64,000 bases of DNA from Epithemia pelagica (taxonomy: Eukaryota; Protista; Bacillariophyta). Each line of letters starts with the position of its first letter. Position 1 is the stretch's first letter. Below are positions 11,931 through 24,691 of the stretch, piece after piece. Location of the stretch: NCBI GenBank assembly GCA_946965045.2, contig OX337228.1:6262001-6326000 (forward strand). The letters are read 5' to 3'. The notes beneath the pieces are model-generated. The model made no database searches. It was given only the letters and a program-made list of their open reading frames with translations, and was not told where the DNA came from. The translations under genes were made by a program, and so were the position numbers.

Positions 11931-12794
11931 TTAGAGCGCTCCACCCACATCGGGCGCCGCTTGCACGGGTTCATGGACCGGCGGTGCTTGTGGTACCATA
12001 TCCATTTCCATATCAACGGGTGGTGCACCGCCATCCATGACAACTCCAGGATCTTCCATGGGTGGCGCCGCCGCCGCATACGAGGCTTGGATTTCCGATT
12101 GTTGTTGGGCGGCCAAGAGTTCGGCCGGGGACAATTCTTCCTTGGGTTCCAAAATGGTCACAACATCGTCCAGGGGAATCTTGGGTCCCATGACTCCCCG
12201 CGGATCTTGCGGAAGCATGATGGAGACCTTGATTCCAATGACACCTTGTCTCATGAGCACGTGACGGACCGCCTCGTCGGTGTACACTTGTCCGGCATGA
12301 CCCGTCTTGATCATGTACCCATCTCCAAATTTCATGGCCTTGGCACGTTGACCACGAAGTTTGCCCGTCACGACAACTTCACATCCCTTGGCCTTGGCTT
12401 CCATAACAAAGCGGACGACACCATAACAGGCCCGACGGACCGCCAGTCCGCCCAAGAGTTTGAATTTCAAGGATTCCGCCTGTGCTTGGGCACACAAGCC
12501 ACGATTGTGGACGCGTTCGGCATACAATTCCACGGCGCCATCGGCAAAATTGAACCGCTTTTGCACGACCGAGGTCAATTCTCGAATGCGACGATTGGCT
12601 TCGCCCAACACATTTTGTGTTCGAGTGGCTCGAATCACCAATTCCGTACGATGCGGCGTGGTTCGAACCTCCACTCCAGCGTAGCCCTCTTCGGCCAATT
12701 CACTCGTCAACAACTCATTCAACTCGGCGTAAAAGACACCATCGGCCACAAACTTGCGCTTGGTCGAAAGACGTTTCGTGCCACGGTACGACAT
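11931..12794 (-). CDS. RPS3: 40S ribosomal protein S3 (uS3)
   Basis: ATG at 12794. [53 protein letters not shown]. Acidic/Pro-rich C-terminal extension. Confidence 0.97.
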   Translation of the reverse strand: MSYRGTKRLSTKRKFVADGVFYAELNELLTSELAEEGYAGVEVRTTPHRTELVIRATRTQNVLGEANRRIRELTSVVQKRFNFADGAVELYAERVHNRGLCAQAQAESLKFKLLGGLAVRRACYGVVRFVMEAKAKGCEVVVTGKLRGQRAKAMKFGDGYMIKTGHAGQVYTDEAVRHVLMRQGVIGIKVSIMLPQDPRGVMGPKIPLDDVVTILEPKEELSPAELLAAQQQSEIQASYAAAAPPMEDPGVVMDGGAPPVDMEMDMVPQAPPVHEPVQAAPDVGGAL

Positions 12795-13027
12795 GGTAAC
12801 TAGGGATACACACAACTCTCGTTCTCAAAAAGAGATGAGACGAGGAGCAGTGCAATAGAGGGAGGTGACAATGGACGGATAAAGGAATAGTAAGTCGGTA
12901 TGAGGTAGAGAGGAAGTGGAACCGCGGGACTGGAACTCGGGACTCACGACAGACATTCATTTTTCGAGTCTTCGACATGTGATGGATCGCTGTGTTTTTT
13001 GGTGTTGACACAGAACAAACGGGGAAC

Positions 13028-14155
13028 ATGAAGGTCTCGTGGCATTCACCATGGATCGACACTGTCTCTCTCGTCGTCGTTTTCCTCCTCTTGTGGTCGG
13101 CAGAAGCATGGGTAGGCTCCCACCATCCACAATCGTTCCGGACATGTACTCGAATACAGCTGCTGATGCCACAGTGTCGACAAACTGCGAGGTCAACGGT
13201 TCGTTTATATGCAACAACATCCACCACCACCAAGGGTCCCTCTTCCAGCAACAATAAAACACACTCGTCGGTCTTCAAACCTGCCTATCGTCCTCCAGTT
13301 TCGTCGTCTGGAAGCAGCAAATTTGCGCAACCAGCCTTTGCTGCTTCGACCGTACAACGACGTGGTGACCGAAAGACGACGACGACAACCAAAAAGAAAA
13401 AGAATTTGTATGGTGGCGATTCCAGCATTGCCAGTCGTCATACGGAGCGATTGAAAACGGCGGGACGGGAAGGGACGAAACGATATCAGAATCCCAACAA
13501 GGTCTTTGTGGGAAATTTGCCCTTTACCGTCACCTCCTCCGACTTGGAGGATTGGATTGGTCAGCACTTTGCCGTACCAGCCCCTCTCTTGCTCAAACAA
13601 TGCAAGGTGGTACACGATTGGCAAACGCAAAAAAGCAAGGGCTATGGCTTTGCCGTCTTTACCGAACCCATTTATGCGACTGTACTCTTGGAAAAGTGTC
13701 GTCGGGGCAGTATGTGGCAGGGACGACGACTCACAGTGTCGGCCGGATACAAGAAGCAGCCGGATCCCAAACTCTATGTCCAACAAAAACTCCAAAAGGC
13801 CAAGGATCGGCAAGAACGAGCCATTCAAGAAGGAATCCAAGAAGCATCTCCCTCGACGACGAAACGACCGCGCATGGATCCGGAGGAAGCCTATTTGTTG
13901 CAACGGTTGGATCCGGATTTAATCGATCATAACGACGACGACGACGACAATGTGGAGTACGAGTTGGAGGACGATGGTGATGATGATTTCAGTGGAGATT
14001 TGGAGGAGGATGTGGATGGATACTGGACAGGTGATGATGATGAGGAGGAGGAGGACATGACCATGGAGGAGGGTGCCCCCATGAATCGGCAACGACGACG
14101 GGAAGCATCACGCCAAAAGAAGAAACGCAAAACGAGCGACAAGGGCTTTGGATAA
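13028..14155 (+). CDS. RRM RNA-binding protein, likely plastid-targeted
   Basis: Signal peptide ending AEA-W plus S/T/R-rich transit-like region. RNP2 VFVGNL and RNP1 KGYGFAVF. Acidic C-tail. Confidence 0.85.
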   Translation: MKVSWHSPWIDTVSLVVVFLLLWSAEAWVGSHHPQSFRTCTRIQLLMPQCRQTARSTVRLYATTSTTTKGPSSSNNKTHSSVFKPAYRPPVSSSGSSKFAQPAFAASTVQRRGDRKTTTTTKKKKNLYGGDSSIASRHTERLKTAGREGTKRYQNPNKVFVGNLPFTVTSSDLEDWIGQHFAVPAPLLLKQCKVVHDWQTQKSKGYGFAVFTEPIYATVLLEKCRRGSMWQGRRLTVSAGYKKQPDPKLYVQQKLQKAKDRQERAIQEGIQEASPSTTKRPRMDPEEAYLLQRLDPDLIDHNDDDDDNVEYELEDDGDDDFSGDLEEDVDGYWTGDDDEEEEDMTMEEGAPMNRQRRREASRQKKKRKTSDKGFG

Positions 14156-14307
14156 AGTTCCATCTAGTTCAACCGTCATTGGTACAGTATTTTTTCATAG
14201 AAGGGCTGGTCCATAACAAATCACTAGAATCCTCCGTTGTGCATGTCAAAGCGTATATACAGACAGAGGGGCCTTCTCGGTGGTTGTAAAATCGTTTGTC
14301 TCATCGT

Positions 14308-14718
14308 TTAATCTACATTCTGCATGGCAACGTCTTGACTCTTGTCCTTCTTTGACTTGGCCTCCAGCTTGGCTTTTCGGTCCTTATCCAGCTTCAATTT
14401 GGTAATCACCACATTGCTTGGTTGGATCCCCACGGGAACGGGTGCCCCATTCACCTTCTCTCGTGTCACCCGTTCAATGTGAATCACAAATTTTTTCCGG
14501 AAGCACGCAATTACTTTGCCTTCTCGTGCTTTGTAGAATCCTCGCGTGATCATCACTTCGTCATCCTTGCGAATGGGCATGGAGCGCACGCCGTGTCGGG
14601 CTTGGAGTTCCTTGCTCAGATTGGCCGACATGAGCTTACGACGAGCCTCCGAATGGGCACTGAAGTGAGCCTTTCGGTTCTTGCGGCGAGAGGATGTGAC
14701 GGCAGCGTTAAACTTCAT
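14308..14718 (-). CDS. RPL26: 60S ribosomal protein L26 (uL24)
   Basis: [61 protein letters not shown]. Confidence 0.97.
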   Translation of the reverse strand: MKFNAAVTSSRRKNRKAHFSAHSEARRKLMSANLSKELQARHGVRSMPIRKDDEVMITRGFYKAREGKVIACFRKKFVIHIERVTREKVNGAPVPVGIQPSNVVITKLKLDKDRKAKLEAKSKKDKSQDVAMQNVD

Positions 14719-15167
14719 GGTGTATAGTTTCGTTCTCTCTCGAAACACAAACAAACGATCTGCTGAGGAAAAAGGGAGGAATCGACGACTGTTGCTGTGG
14801 AAATCGGCCACACAACAAAACCAGTAAGGAGGTGAACGGTAAAAAAAAGAGATTTTCCGTCGTCCGTGGTGGAACTGGGTTTGGAGTAGAGGACGGGTCG
14901 ACTCGAAGTGTGCCCGTACGCCGTGCGTACGAACTATGGCATCTACTCTACCTACTATATAGTTGGAGCAGTTGGAGCCATTGCCGCCAAGGTCGCGCAT
15001 TGCTCCGTGTTGAGTTTCAACATAAGGACCCCTGCCTCTTGTTTTCTCTGGGAATGTGGTCGTCGGAGACGTAGAAACCATTTCACACATCTACATGTGG
15101 GCGAGTGAAGGATTGAAACACAAGGCAGCAGAAACATTTTGTTTGATTCAAGCGTTTGAACAGAGGG

Positions 15168-16616
15168 ATGGGGCTATCGTCTGTTGATTCTGTGGGGTCG
15201 TTCAGTGGCATTGTCAATGGCTCGAAACCTACTACGAGACAGATACATGACGTTTCTTCACATTCATACAATGTCTTGGGCAATGACGGAGTGAGTCATC
15301 GAAGAGATGATACACGGCAAAGCCATCACCGTCGTTTACACAACAAGAATGCTCTTGTGGTGGACGACGACTCGGGCCATCATCGCCATAAAAGCAACAG
15401 TAAGAATCGCACTGGTCTTCCTCATCACATAGAATCCCTAATTGTGAACACGGCGAACGACGACGACGACTCTGCAAAGAAACGGAGGAAACGAAATGTG
15501 TACTGGATCAAAGAATTTGTGCGTCAGCGATCCTTGTCGTGCATTGGTGCCATAATTCTCCTATGGTACATGTATTCGGCTCTGAAACGGTTCCTGCGCT
15601 CCTTGGAGGGGGAGAATCTTCCGCCTGACTCGACACTGGATTTTCTGGTTGCCGGCTTTCCCAAATCTGGAACAACAACGCTTTTGGCTGCTCTCAACAA
15701 ACACAAGGAAATTATCATGGACTCCGAAGAATACTGTCAAATAGCACGTCCTATTCAGCAAGATGATGTCAATCTCAAACGACTGAATAGATATTTAGAT
15801 GCCTTGAAGAAATCGGTCATCAAAGAACGAGAGCATACAGAAATCGCCCGATCGCCCGTCTCCTCCCAAACATCCGGTACCTTTTCTTCAACAACGTCGA
15901 ATGTCGATGAGCTCCATGGTCGAAATTTGAAACTGGGAATCAAGTGCCCCGATTCCGTGAAAAATTTCAAAGCCATACACCGGCTCTCACAACACTCACC
16001 GGATTGCAAGTTTGTGATTGGAGTTCGCCATCCCATTTGGTTCTTGCAGTCCTTCTACAATTATCGAGTTCTTGAGACCCACAAGAAGGAAAAAGTGGAC
16101 GAGGGCATACCTTCACTTTTTGAAATATGGGATAACAACAAGAATTGGTGGGATGTGTCTCCGGATGCCCCGCGATTCGAATTGTTTCTGTCGCAGTTTG
16201 GTAAGACGGATTTAACCGTCCAGCAAATGCGAGATTGGTTCATGGGTAGAGCGATGCTGGCTGTGAAGCCAAATCGATTCCGTATCTTTCTGTATACCAT
16301 GGAACAGTTGGAAGATGCATCGCAAAGCAATATCCTTCGTCGTGACCTTCAGTATTTTCTCGGACTGAAGGACGAAATTCCAGGCTTTGGACACGAGAAC
16401 AAGATAAAGGGTAGCAAAAAGTTTCCTGAAACCATTGACATTTGTCATCCCGAGTTTGATACGATTCGGAAGAGTTTAAGCGAGAATGCCAAGGAAACGG
16501 TGGAGTGGATGCACACATTTTTGGATTCTCCCGATGTCATTGTTTCGAATCGACCCTACGTTGAAGCATCAATGGAAGCATGGAAGGTTGACCCTTGTGT
16601 TTCAACAGCATCTTGA
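15168..16616 (+). CDS. Type-II membrane sulfotransferase (PAPS-dependent)
   Basis: TM LSCIGAIILLWYMYSAL, 5'-PSB loop DFLVAGFPKSGTTTL, 3'-PB motif RHPIWFLQSFYNY. Confidence 0.85.
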   Translation: MGLSSVDSVGSFSGIVNGSKPTTRQIHDVSSHSYNVLGNDGVSHRRDDTRQSHHRRLHNKNALVVDDDSGHHRHKSNSKNRTGLPHHIESLIVNTANDDDDSAKKRRKRNVYWIKEFVRQRSLSCIGAIILLWYMYSALKRFLRSLEGENLPPDSTLDFLVAGFPKSGTTTLLAALNKHKEIIMDSEEYCQIARPIQQDDVNLKRLNRYLDALKKSVIKEREHTEIARSPVSSQTSGTFSSTTSNVDELHGRNLKLGIKCPDSVKNFKAIHRLSQHSPDCKFVIGVRHPIWFLQSFYNYRVLETHKKEKVDEGIPSLFEIWDNNKNWWDVSPDAPRFELFLSQFGKTDLTVQQMRDWFMGRAMLAVKPNRFRIFLYTMEQLEDASQSNILRRDLQYFLGLKDEIPGFGHENKIKGSKKFPETIDICHPEFDTIRKSLSENAKETVEWMHTFLDSPDVIVSNRPYVEASMEAWKVDPCVSTAS

Positions 16617-17405
16617 TCCACTTCCTACTTTCTGCCTCAGACAAGTCAAGATGTGTTGGGGCTCCGGCCACTGGTGGTATTCTCGTGATTTTGGTTCGTC
16701 ACTCTCTGATAACTTACACAAAGTTCTGCCGTCAACTTACATCGGCACTTTCTCCACCAGAGGAAATTTCACGTGACACAGAATAGCCATGCGTTGTAAA
16801 TTGCTGTCTTAGAACTTGCAGCAACAGTTCTGGCCGTCCAAAACCGTCAACTTGGAACTTGTAGCAATAGTTCTGGCCGTCCAAAACCGTCGTCGTACCC
16901 ATCTCTTCGCCATGGAATTTGGACAGGACTGGACAGAATCACCCCAATTTGTGAAAAGTGAATCGTCCCAAGGAATTGTTGGCTTTGTTTGGTCTTGCGC
17001 GATGTTTGTCTATCAAAATCTCCGCCTAATTGTGGTGTACCACGAGCATGAGGCAACGTAAAGGGAAACAAAATACATAGAGGAGAAAGTTGCGTATTTA
17101 GAAATGGTTGGACGTTGAGCTGCTCGTACTGGCATGGCGTGCGAAAAGAATACCTATGATACGTGCGCCCTCATACGCCCTTTTGATCGCCCCATGCGCA
17201 CCTGCCGACCATTCAACGGCAGATTCACCCAATTTTTTCGTCCAAACTTTTTTCCACGGCACGAGGAGCTGAAGCTGCTTCCCCTATTTCCGACTGCCTG
17301 TCACATTCTTTCAACGTGGATGGGGTCCGTTTTCTTCTCGACATAAAGGCGTCGTTGCTTTGTGGTCAAGTCAACCCTTCAGTCCTTCCATACAAAATCG
17401 AAACG

Positions 17406-19109
17406 ATGGATGTGATCTGGAAGCATCTATCGGACAACCATCCAAGTTGCAAGAGGTTGTCCTTGTATAGCCAGTCGGATCCAGGTACTGGTGCGACCTT
17501 TGCAGTCCGATGTAATTCGTTGGTCGGAGTCACTTCGGAAGAAAACTTTTTGAACGATGCCATGTATTTGATTGAAGGGGTCTTGCCTCTGAATGAGACC
17601 TTGGAGACCGTTGAAATGGAGTGGTCTTTTCTGAGCCATTTGGAAGAGGAAGAGCGCGATATTTTTATCCGAGGAGTGGCTTCGTTAAAGAATCTTGAAG
17701 AGCTTTCCATACGAGGTGTAATGGCTGAAGAAAGTCGAATAAGATTTCGAAGCTTGTTGCAGATTCCTGAATGCGCAAAGAACTTGAAGCACTTAGCAAT
17801 CGAATTGGACCAAGTACATATAGATGAGCATGCCGAGATGGGGTTGGCGGCGTTATTGTTCCTTCGATGTCAGCATTTGGAGTCTCTTCACATTCGAGGA
17901 CTTATGCCATCTCCACACAACACTGGGCCCGATTTTGACTGCAGCATCTTGCTTTCCGCCCTGGGGGAACTTCCTAATTTGCATACAATCCATATTAGCC
18001 GTAACCAAGAGAACCCAAAGTCCATCAATGCCACAGCGCTTCGCGCCATTTGCGCTCTTCCGATGCTGCAGTCATTGTCTCTCATGAATATGGGGCTCAC
18101 GGATCGACATTGCAAGATATTCAAACGAAATCTTCATTTAAGCCAGCATTTGCATTCTCTAATCCTCGTCGATAATCCATCAATTACGGAGAAGGGGAAC
18201 AAGGCTTTGTTGAGGCTACTGGAAAAGAATCGGTCCATTTATAACTCCACGTTTGGGACGGATAGTGAGACAGTTCATCGGACAGCCCAATTGGTCCATT
18301 TACATTTGAATCGTTGCGGCAGATCGAAGGTTCAGACTCCTACAGAGTTCCCTGATTGGCTTAGCTACATCTCTCGAATCAATGAGACTGTTCCCGAAGA
18401 ACTCGAGCTTGACACGCTTCTGATTGCTGTGCAGGAGAACCCTGAAATGATTATACAGCACTGTTTTGCTAGAGACTTGGCACAACATCAACTTGCAATG
18501 GCACCAAAGAGTGCTTCGACGGAAGTTGAAGAGAAAGGTGAATTGATAGCAAAAGGCAAGATATTACCCTCTCGAAACAATGCCATTGCTTCGAAGAAAT
18601 TACCGACGAGAAAAGACATTTTGATCCTTGATGACTGGGAGTCAGTATTCCCTTTGCTGACCTCACGCGACAGTATTGATTCTATCATGTCACCACCACA
18701 ACCTGTGTGGCAACAACAACAGCAGCATCAACTCCCTGCAGCTCAATCCCCCGAAAACATATGGAGATACGACAAACAAGAAAATGAAGCATACAAGCAT
18801 TTTTCACAAAAAGAACTGCACCTGGCCTTGAGTGAGCCTTGCATTGCAGTTGCCAGCAGTATGCCACAGTCAGGGGTACAAACGAGTCCGCGAAATAGTT
18901 TGATTTCTCCATCATCAAAGCATGGTTCTGACTCTGAGGCATCTGATCATAGCAATCTTGAGGAGCTCTCTTCATCGTGGGATGGTGTTGTCGGCAGATG
19001 GGTTGAGCTGGAACGCACGACGAGCACATTGTTTGAAAGCCTTCGGGACGAGACGTGTTGGCCTAGCGCCCTGGCCGAGCCTGGTGTGCCACCAGGGGTT
19101 CTTTCTTAA
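17406..19109 (+). CDS. RNI-like leucine-rich repeat protein with low-complexity C-tail
   Basis: First ATG at 17406 in a 597-codon ORF. Repeats LEELSI, LKHLAI, LESLHI, LHTIHI, LQSLSL, LHSLIL, followed by HLNRCGR. Confidence 0.8.
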   Translation: MDVIWKHLSDNHPSCKRLSLYSQSDPGTGATFAVRCNSLVGVTSEENFLNDAMYLIEGVLPLNETLETVEMEWSFLSHLEEEERDIFIRGVASLKNLEELSIRGVMAEESRIRFRSLLQIPECAKNLKHLAIELDQVHIDEHAEMGLAALLFLRCQHLESLHIRGLMPSPHNTGPDFDCSILLSALGELPNLHTIHISRNQENPKSINATALRAICALPMLQSLSLMNMGLTDRHCKIFKRNLHLSQHLHSLILVDNPSITEKGNKALLRLLEKNRSIYNSTFGTDSETVHRTAQLVHLHLNRCGRSKVQTPTEFPDWLSYISRINETVPEELELDTLLIAVQENPEMIIQHCFARDLAQHQLAMAPKSASTEVEEKGELIAKGKILPSRNNAIASKKLPTRKDILILDDWESVFPLLTSRDSIDSIMSPPQPVWQQQQQHQLPAAQSPENIWRYDKQENEAYKHFSQKELHLALSEPCIAVASSMPQSGVQTSPRNSLISPSSKHGSDSEASDHSNLEELSSSWDGVVGRWVELERTTSTLFESLRDETCWPSALAEPGVPPGVLS

Positions 19110-19943
19110 CTTTTGAAAGCCGCTTCGGGGACTCAAATCCGATTTTCATCCGCTGCCGTGAGTTTGCTCTGTCTACAGAGATATTCGCTGTAGGCTTTCA
19201 AGCGCTAGCATTCGTACAAAAGACGAGCACATTTGAATTCGAAGACTAATTCACTACTAGATCATCATAAGCCTAGACCATAATCACTATCATGGGTTCC
19301 ATCCCATACATTTGTTCTAATCATTAGGAGTCCTAGATATACCCGTTTCATATGTGTACGAATGGTCCTTTTGGATAATAGACCACCGCAAACCACTCAA
19401 AACCCGCCACAGAAGTTTCACTCTCAGGGCAATATCTTCAACAATCAAGGAGGCTTCAGCAGCAAACTCTGTTTGTTTGACAATCTCAGTCGTCTCCTGT
19501 TGGCCTTGCCTCAGAAAGTGGCCAACTTGGGTATCCGTTGAACTGCAAAGCCCGCATCAAAGTGCGTCGTCGGATCAATCGTTCAGACTACATATTTCTC
19601 TTCGAGATCAGCTAAGTTGAACATACAGCATATTACACTTGTTTCAACATGTACGCAAAACAGTACTACGAGAAAAAAGCACATCATAAATTAACGATGC
19701 ACGTCCATCGTGGTTCATGGAGAGGGCATCATGCAGCGAGAGATGGGAAAATCAGCCATGGCCCAATCTACCTTACATCAATGGTCGTTCAATCTCAGAC
19801 GAGCTCTTCTCCTCGTCATCCAATATGTACATTGTCCCCTGACACAATATCCTCTTCATTTGACCGCTGAAAAAGTCAAACAAATAACTCACCGTATCTT
19901 CACTTATCCCAGCATGGCAGAAGAGTTTTCGATGCTTGAGAAT

Positions 19944-20663
19944 CTATGAACTGGATGAGGCCATTTCCAAGAGATAGGCCACTTCTTGCGTCTTCCCGTG
20001 ATCTTCGCCTTTTGTTTTCACATACAGTTCATGAGCCCTGGTGAGAGCACCAACAGCGTCTTTGTCCTCACCAATTTTCTCATAAAGACATCCAATCTTG
20101 CCGTAGATTTCCGCCAAAATGGATTCACCAGTACCATCACTTTCACTTGACTTCTTCAGCAGTTCGATTGCCTGTTGGAATTCTCCCTTAGCTTCGAAGA
20201 TGGATGCGAGTTGGAAATATGCTGATGCGATATCATCCGGGTTAGCACCATTTGCTTCCAACAGTTTGATCGCTCTTTCTTGAAGCTCGATTGCTTCGTC
20301 AAATTTAGCAAGGTTTAACATAGCGCGGGCTTTCAACTGAAGCGTCTCCGTGTCTTCCCCGTTGAGGGAAAGTGCTTTTTCCAACTGACCAACTGCTCTT
20401 TCTGTTTCGCCAGACCTCATCCATAGGCTCGCGACACGACGGTAGGTTATACAGAGCTCTGATTCCTCGACTTCTTGATTTTGTTGCAGGCTTAGTATAC
20501 GAGACTGTAACATGATTTGTAACTTCAGCAGTTGTTCTTGTTGCCCAGCGCTCTGCTCTGTTAACGCTTTCTCAGAGACTGCAATTTCGTCCAAAGCAGC
20601 ACGGATTGCATCGATTTTTGATGACTGAAACAGTTCTTTTATCTCTTGAGTGGTAAGCGCCAT
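19944..20663 (-). CDS. TPR-repeat protein
   Basis: Intact 239-aa ORF with TPR-like helices (AYFQLASIFEAKGEFQQAIELLKKS, IYGKIGCLYEKIGEDKDAVGALTRA). Confidence 0.85.
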   Translation of the reverse strand: MALTTQEIKELFQSSKIDAIRAALDEIAVSEKALTEQSAGQQEQLLKLQIMLQSRILSLQQNQEVEESELCITYRRVASLWMRSGETERAVGQLEKALSLNGEDTETLQLKARAMLNLAKFDEAIELQERAIKLLEANGANPDDIASAYFQLASIFEAKGEFQQAIELLKKSSESDGTGESILAEIYGKIGCLYEKIGEDKDAVGALTRAHELYVKTKGEDHGKTQEVAYLLEMASSSS

Positions 20664-21287
20664 GGTTGAAGCTGCAGGAAGGTGCCAGTCACAGTCACTT
20701 TGATGATGTCTCGGATGTCGATTGTCGATGCGGATTGTCGTGTCTGCGGTAGGCTAGTGGATCTACTCCTACATAGGAGTAGCTAGAGGAGTACTCGTAT
20801 GTAGTTAGAGTCGCCACGTGACGAGTACCGTGACCGTGGGGCTTTGGTCGTAGCTCAGAGTCCAAAGTCACCGTCAACCGTCTTGTGCCAATTGATCTGA
20901 AACCGCTAGGTTGTCCTGAATCGTTCAGCAAACTTCTGTTTCGAGTTTCGAGTGCAACATCATGTGTACTACTAAGCGTGGAAAGGCGTACGCATAGTGT
21001 TTGTCATGTTTTACGAGGGTTCGCTGCTTTAATGATCATTTACGAACTTTGGGACAGGCGAACGATTCTGATGCGAGGCGAAAAGCCACGACTTCCCCAT
21101 CCCTAAGCTGTGGCGAACTTAACCTGACGTGAAATAATCGAAGATCTAGCGTCTGTCTGTGTCTCTCATGGGAAGCGAGTTGTTGTGTCTCATCATCACT
21201 GGTTGACTCATCATCACTGGTTGACTCTGCTGGTCTGCTGGGGCTCACTGGCTCAAGGGCATCGCGACCAAACACGGCGCACAGCCA

Positions 21288-23110
21288 ATGGACCGGTCAG
21301 ACAACAGTCACCAGGGGAAAGAGCATACAGCGACAGATCCAACTCAAAGTCGGGTGGTCAAATCAAGCATATCATCATCCAAATTGCATCCTCAGCCTGT
21401 CAACAATGCTGTGAAAAAGCTCACTCCCAAGGAAAAGCGTGCCACGACGATTGCGACTTATGAATGTCTCAACCCGACAGATGTATTATTAGGTAGAGGC
21501 AAACGAGCCTCTCTGTGGCAAGGCAATGTGAGGTACAAACGAATTATCTATTCTTTCTTGCCAGCTTACGAGGCTGCCACGAAAAACGCCGAGAAGACTG
21601 GGATCACAGGTGAGATTGTTGCGGCTGTCAAACGAAGCGGTGGAAGGTTTCTCAAAGAGACCAGAAATGGGGATCTCACTGAGGTGCCGGACATGACGGC
21701 AAGGTTGAAAGTTGGGCAGGTAAGTTTATCGAGAGATAGTGTTATAGCAGACGCATCGTTCTTTCTGACAGATTCTTTTCCAAACAATAAAAGGCAATGA
21801 GACACCGAAGACGGCTTCATGAGAATGATGAGGACAGTGATGACCCAGATGGGAATGATTTCGATGAGGGGGATAAGATGCCGTCGGACGATGGGGATGC
21901 GGAGCAGAAACCAGGTGAGCCTTGGAGAGCAAACTTGATCAAACGTGATGATGGGAATGAGGGGGATAAGATTTCGTCTATAGTCGGGGATGCGAAGCAG
22001 AAACAAGGTGAGCCTTGGAGAGCAAACTTTCAACCGTCGCTTATATCATCTCCTGTTGCTGACATTGGGACGCTTTCAGCTACCGCAACGTCTATTCCAG
22101 CACCTTCAGCAGGTCTCAGCGTTCTAATAGAGGCGGCTGAAGCGGCGTCGCAGCAAACGACTGCCTTGGTCGTACCGGAATCATCATCAATGAAGACAGC
22201 ACCCCGAAGCCATGGCGTCGTTGTTGAGAGACGTATTCCCAAAGTACATTACGTTTCAGCCAGAAATTCAGATTCGGCTCCGTCACTGGCTTATGATCCC
22301 AGCCGTTCGGCTTTCTCTTCTCGACATGCGCCGCATATTCAGATGATGAAAAAGAAAAAGCTTCCCTTGCAACGAAATTCTTCAATGACAGAGTCCAAAA
22401 TAGCTGAAAGAGCTACCGTGCGCCAACAAACTCATACCCAACAGAAGAGTTCCACAAGGTCATCATCTGGCACCTGGCAAGCATCAAGCAACAGGCTACC
22501 TATTGTTACAACAGCACCCACCACTGAAAAGCAGCCTCAATTGGGATCGGAACGAAGAATTCGAGATGCGGAGGATCAACTGGGAGAACGGAAAGAGGAC
22601 GTTTTTGGCATGTATACAGACCACCTCTCTCGTTCCGAAAAGGGGAAAGATACTTCAACAGTCGCGGTATCCGGTAAGCAGGAGCGAAAGGAATATGATT
22701 CGGAAGACAGCTGGCTCCCGGTTAAGCGACGACGAGGAACCGATCCTGTTTCGCCTCGTGAAGACGCTGCAGGTTTCACAACCTGTCCTCCTAGTAAGAA
22801 GCCGCCCCACGCAAGACCTGGTGAACATGACAGGAAAAGAAAACCAATTGGACTACCCATGTCGCATCGAAGCCCTAATGCTCAGGCGAAGAAGAGGCAT
22901 CGTGACATTGTCAGTAGAAGTGGTCCAGACACTTTGCCCTTGGAGATCAGAAGTGGTGATGCGGTGTTTTCCAATCCTGGGGTTGAGACGATGAAGAGAC
23001 ATCAAGTGGAACGGCCGGGATCGTATCGTCGAGACGTGAAGCTTACGAATGCTGGGGTAAACGGGGACGACTGCGATTCATCATACTCCACGGAAACGGA
23101 AGCGAGCTAA
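21288..23110 (+). CDS. DUF6824-like domain protein with disordered C-terminus
   Basis: Exon 21288-21719, intron 21720-21793, exon 21794-23110. DVLLGRG..GNVRYKRII..GGRFLK..KVGQ-AMR matches the diatom DVLxGRG domain. Confidence 0.85.
21863..22029 (+). repeat. In-frame tandem duplication, 93-nt period
   Basis: EGDKMPSDDGDAEQKPGEPWRAN and EGDKISSIVGDAKQKQGEPWRAN start at 21863 and 21956. Confidence 0.85.
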
Positions 23111-23163
23111 ACATAATACGGAAATCATGGCTGTCGCTGAAGTTCAAAGATCATTGTTAGTAT

Positions 23164-24475
23164 TTAGAGATTTTTCGTTTGACTTACAAACCACATGGTT
23201 GCAACTTGAGATGCGGCAAAGACTACTACAAGGATCTGTTGGTTGGTTGTTCCTTTGGTGCTGTTGGAACCGTAGGCATTGCCATCGCTCACAGAGCTCT
23301 GCATCGTGCGATACATAAAGTACGATGCCGAGGATGCCGTCCAGAGGAATGTAATGTAGTACACCCGTGCACCCAAACTAAAATGCTTCGCCATCAAACC
23401 GAGAAACATGTTGAAAGAAAGACCCAAATACTTGTACCCACTAAAGGATAACAAATCCAGCCATGGTACAACCTTCATGGAAGGTGGTCGTTGTTGCTGT
23501 TGATAAGGAGCTTGTTGTTGTTGGGAGAGCAAATACAAACCAATGCGAACACAAACGACTTCCAAAACCTGAGTGACAAAGCATTTCGTGGTCACGTCGG
23601 GGATCACTTCTGGATTGAATTTTCCTGCATTTCCATACAACAAGGCACAAAGCAAGACGTAGGTGATAAGGGACATGAATGGGACATAAAGATCCGGAGC
23701 GTTTTGATCGGCAATAGGTAAATCATGCATTGGCGTCATTCCATCCGGTCCACCATAGCCCTTGATCTACGTCGTATCACAAGATCGCAAATCAAACATG
23801 ATCAGGTGTAAAGACAGATTGTACATCCCACAACGACGAAATAAGAATAGTGAGCGAGTCGATCTCATGACTTCAATTCTCAGAGTCACTTCAATTCAAG
23901 TAACGTACATTCCGGTGCCATTCTTTTTTCAGAAAGGGGAACATGAGTGTCTTCATTTTTTGCAAGACATAGTTGTTGTCAACGGCAAAATAGGTTCGTA
24001 GGGTGACGAGAAATGCCTCCAAGCCAGGAATGATCTTGAGCCATGATTCACGCAGGAATGATTTACTCATATCCGTAACAAGTTGTCCAGCCATTTGCGA
24101 AGGAAATTGACCGGACCCACCACTCCCACCGCTGAGTGCCGATGCTGCCGAAGCGGCCATGACTGCTGCCATGGAGGGATCCCATCCCATGGAAGGTGCA
24201 GGTTGCTGTTGTTGTTGCAGAGGCTGTTGTGCCGAATATGCTGGTTGCGGTTGGTTTGGTTGCCATTGCTGATATTGCTGTGGGGTTTGTTGTTGTTGTT
24301 GTTGCTGCTGCTGTTGTTGTTGTGGATTGGAGTGTGGCTGCCACTGACTCGTAGAGTAGTTTGCAGTGCTCCCACCAGAAGTGCCATAGGGATTGCTCGC
24401 CCCAGCGGACGTACTTCCCTGTTGTGGCGCCCCTGAGGATGATTGCGGATAGGCAGAACCACCGTAGTAACTCAT
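23164..24475 (-). CDS. YIF1: YIF1/Hrf1 ER-Golgi membrane protein
   Basis: ATG at 24475, polyQ N-terminus, YFAVDNNYVLQKMKTLMFPF, probable intron 23908-23767, then NAPDLYVPFMSLITYVLL and DLLSFSGYKY. Confidence 0.92.
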
Positions 24476-24691
24476 CTTCTCTCTCGTAATAAGGCCACAA
24501 TGACCATCCCAACCTCTATTCAAGGGAGAGATGCTGTGGCGGAAAATTTTTGTCCCAAAGACGTGCGATCGAAAAGCGATCAATAGGATTGATCAAACGC
24601 ACATGAATCTCACAAAGATCTTTCACCTCTCATTTTTTGTCTGTTTCATGTTCGATCAAAATCAAAGCCCTAACTGTGACACCTGCAATAG

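Noticed and set aside
12660-12669. GGTTCGAACC T-loop-like motif suggesting a tRNA
   Set aside because: It lies antisense inside the RPS3 CDS, and no cloverleaf can be built around it.
21189-21227. 18-bp tandem duplication upstream of the DUF6824 gene (also a 7-bp repeat at about 42145-42168)
   Set aside because: Short slippage duplications with no evidence of function.
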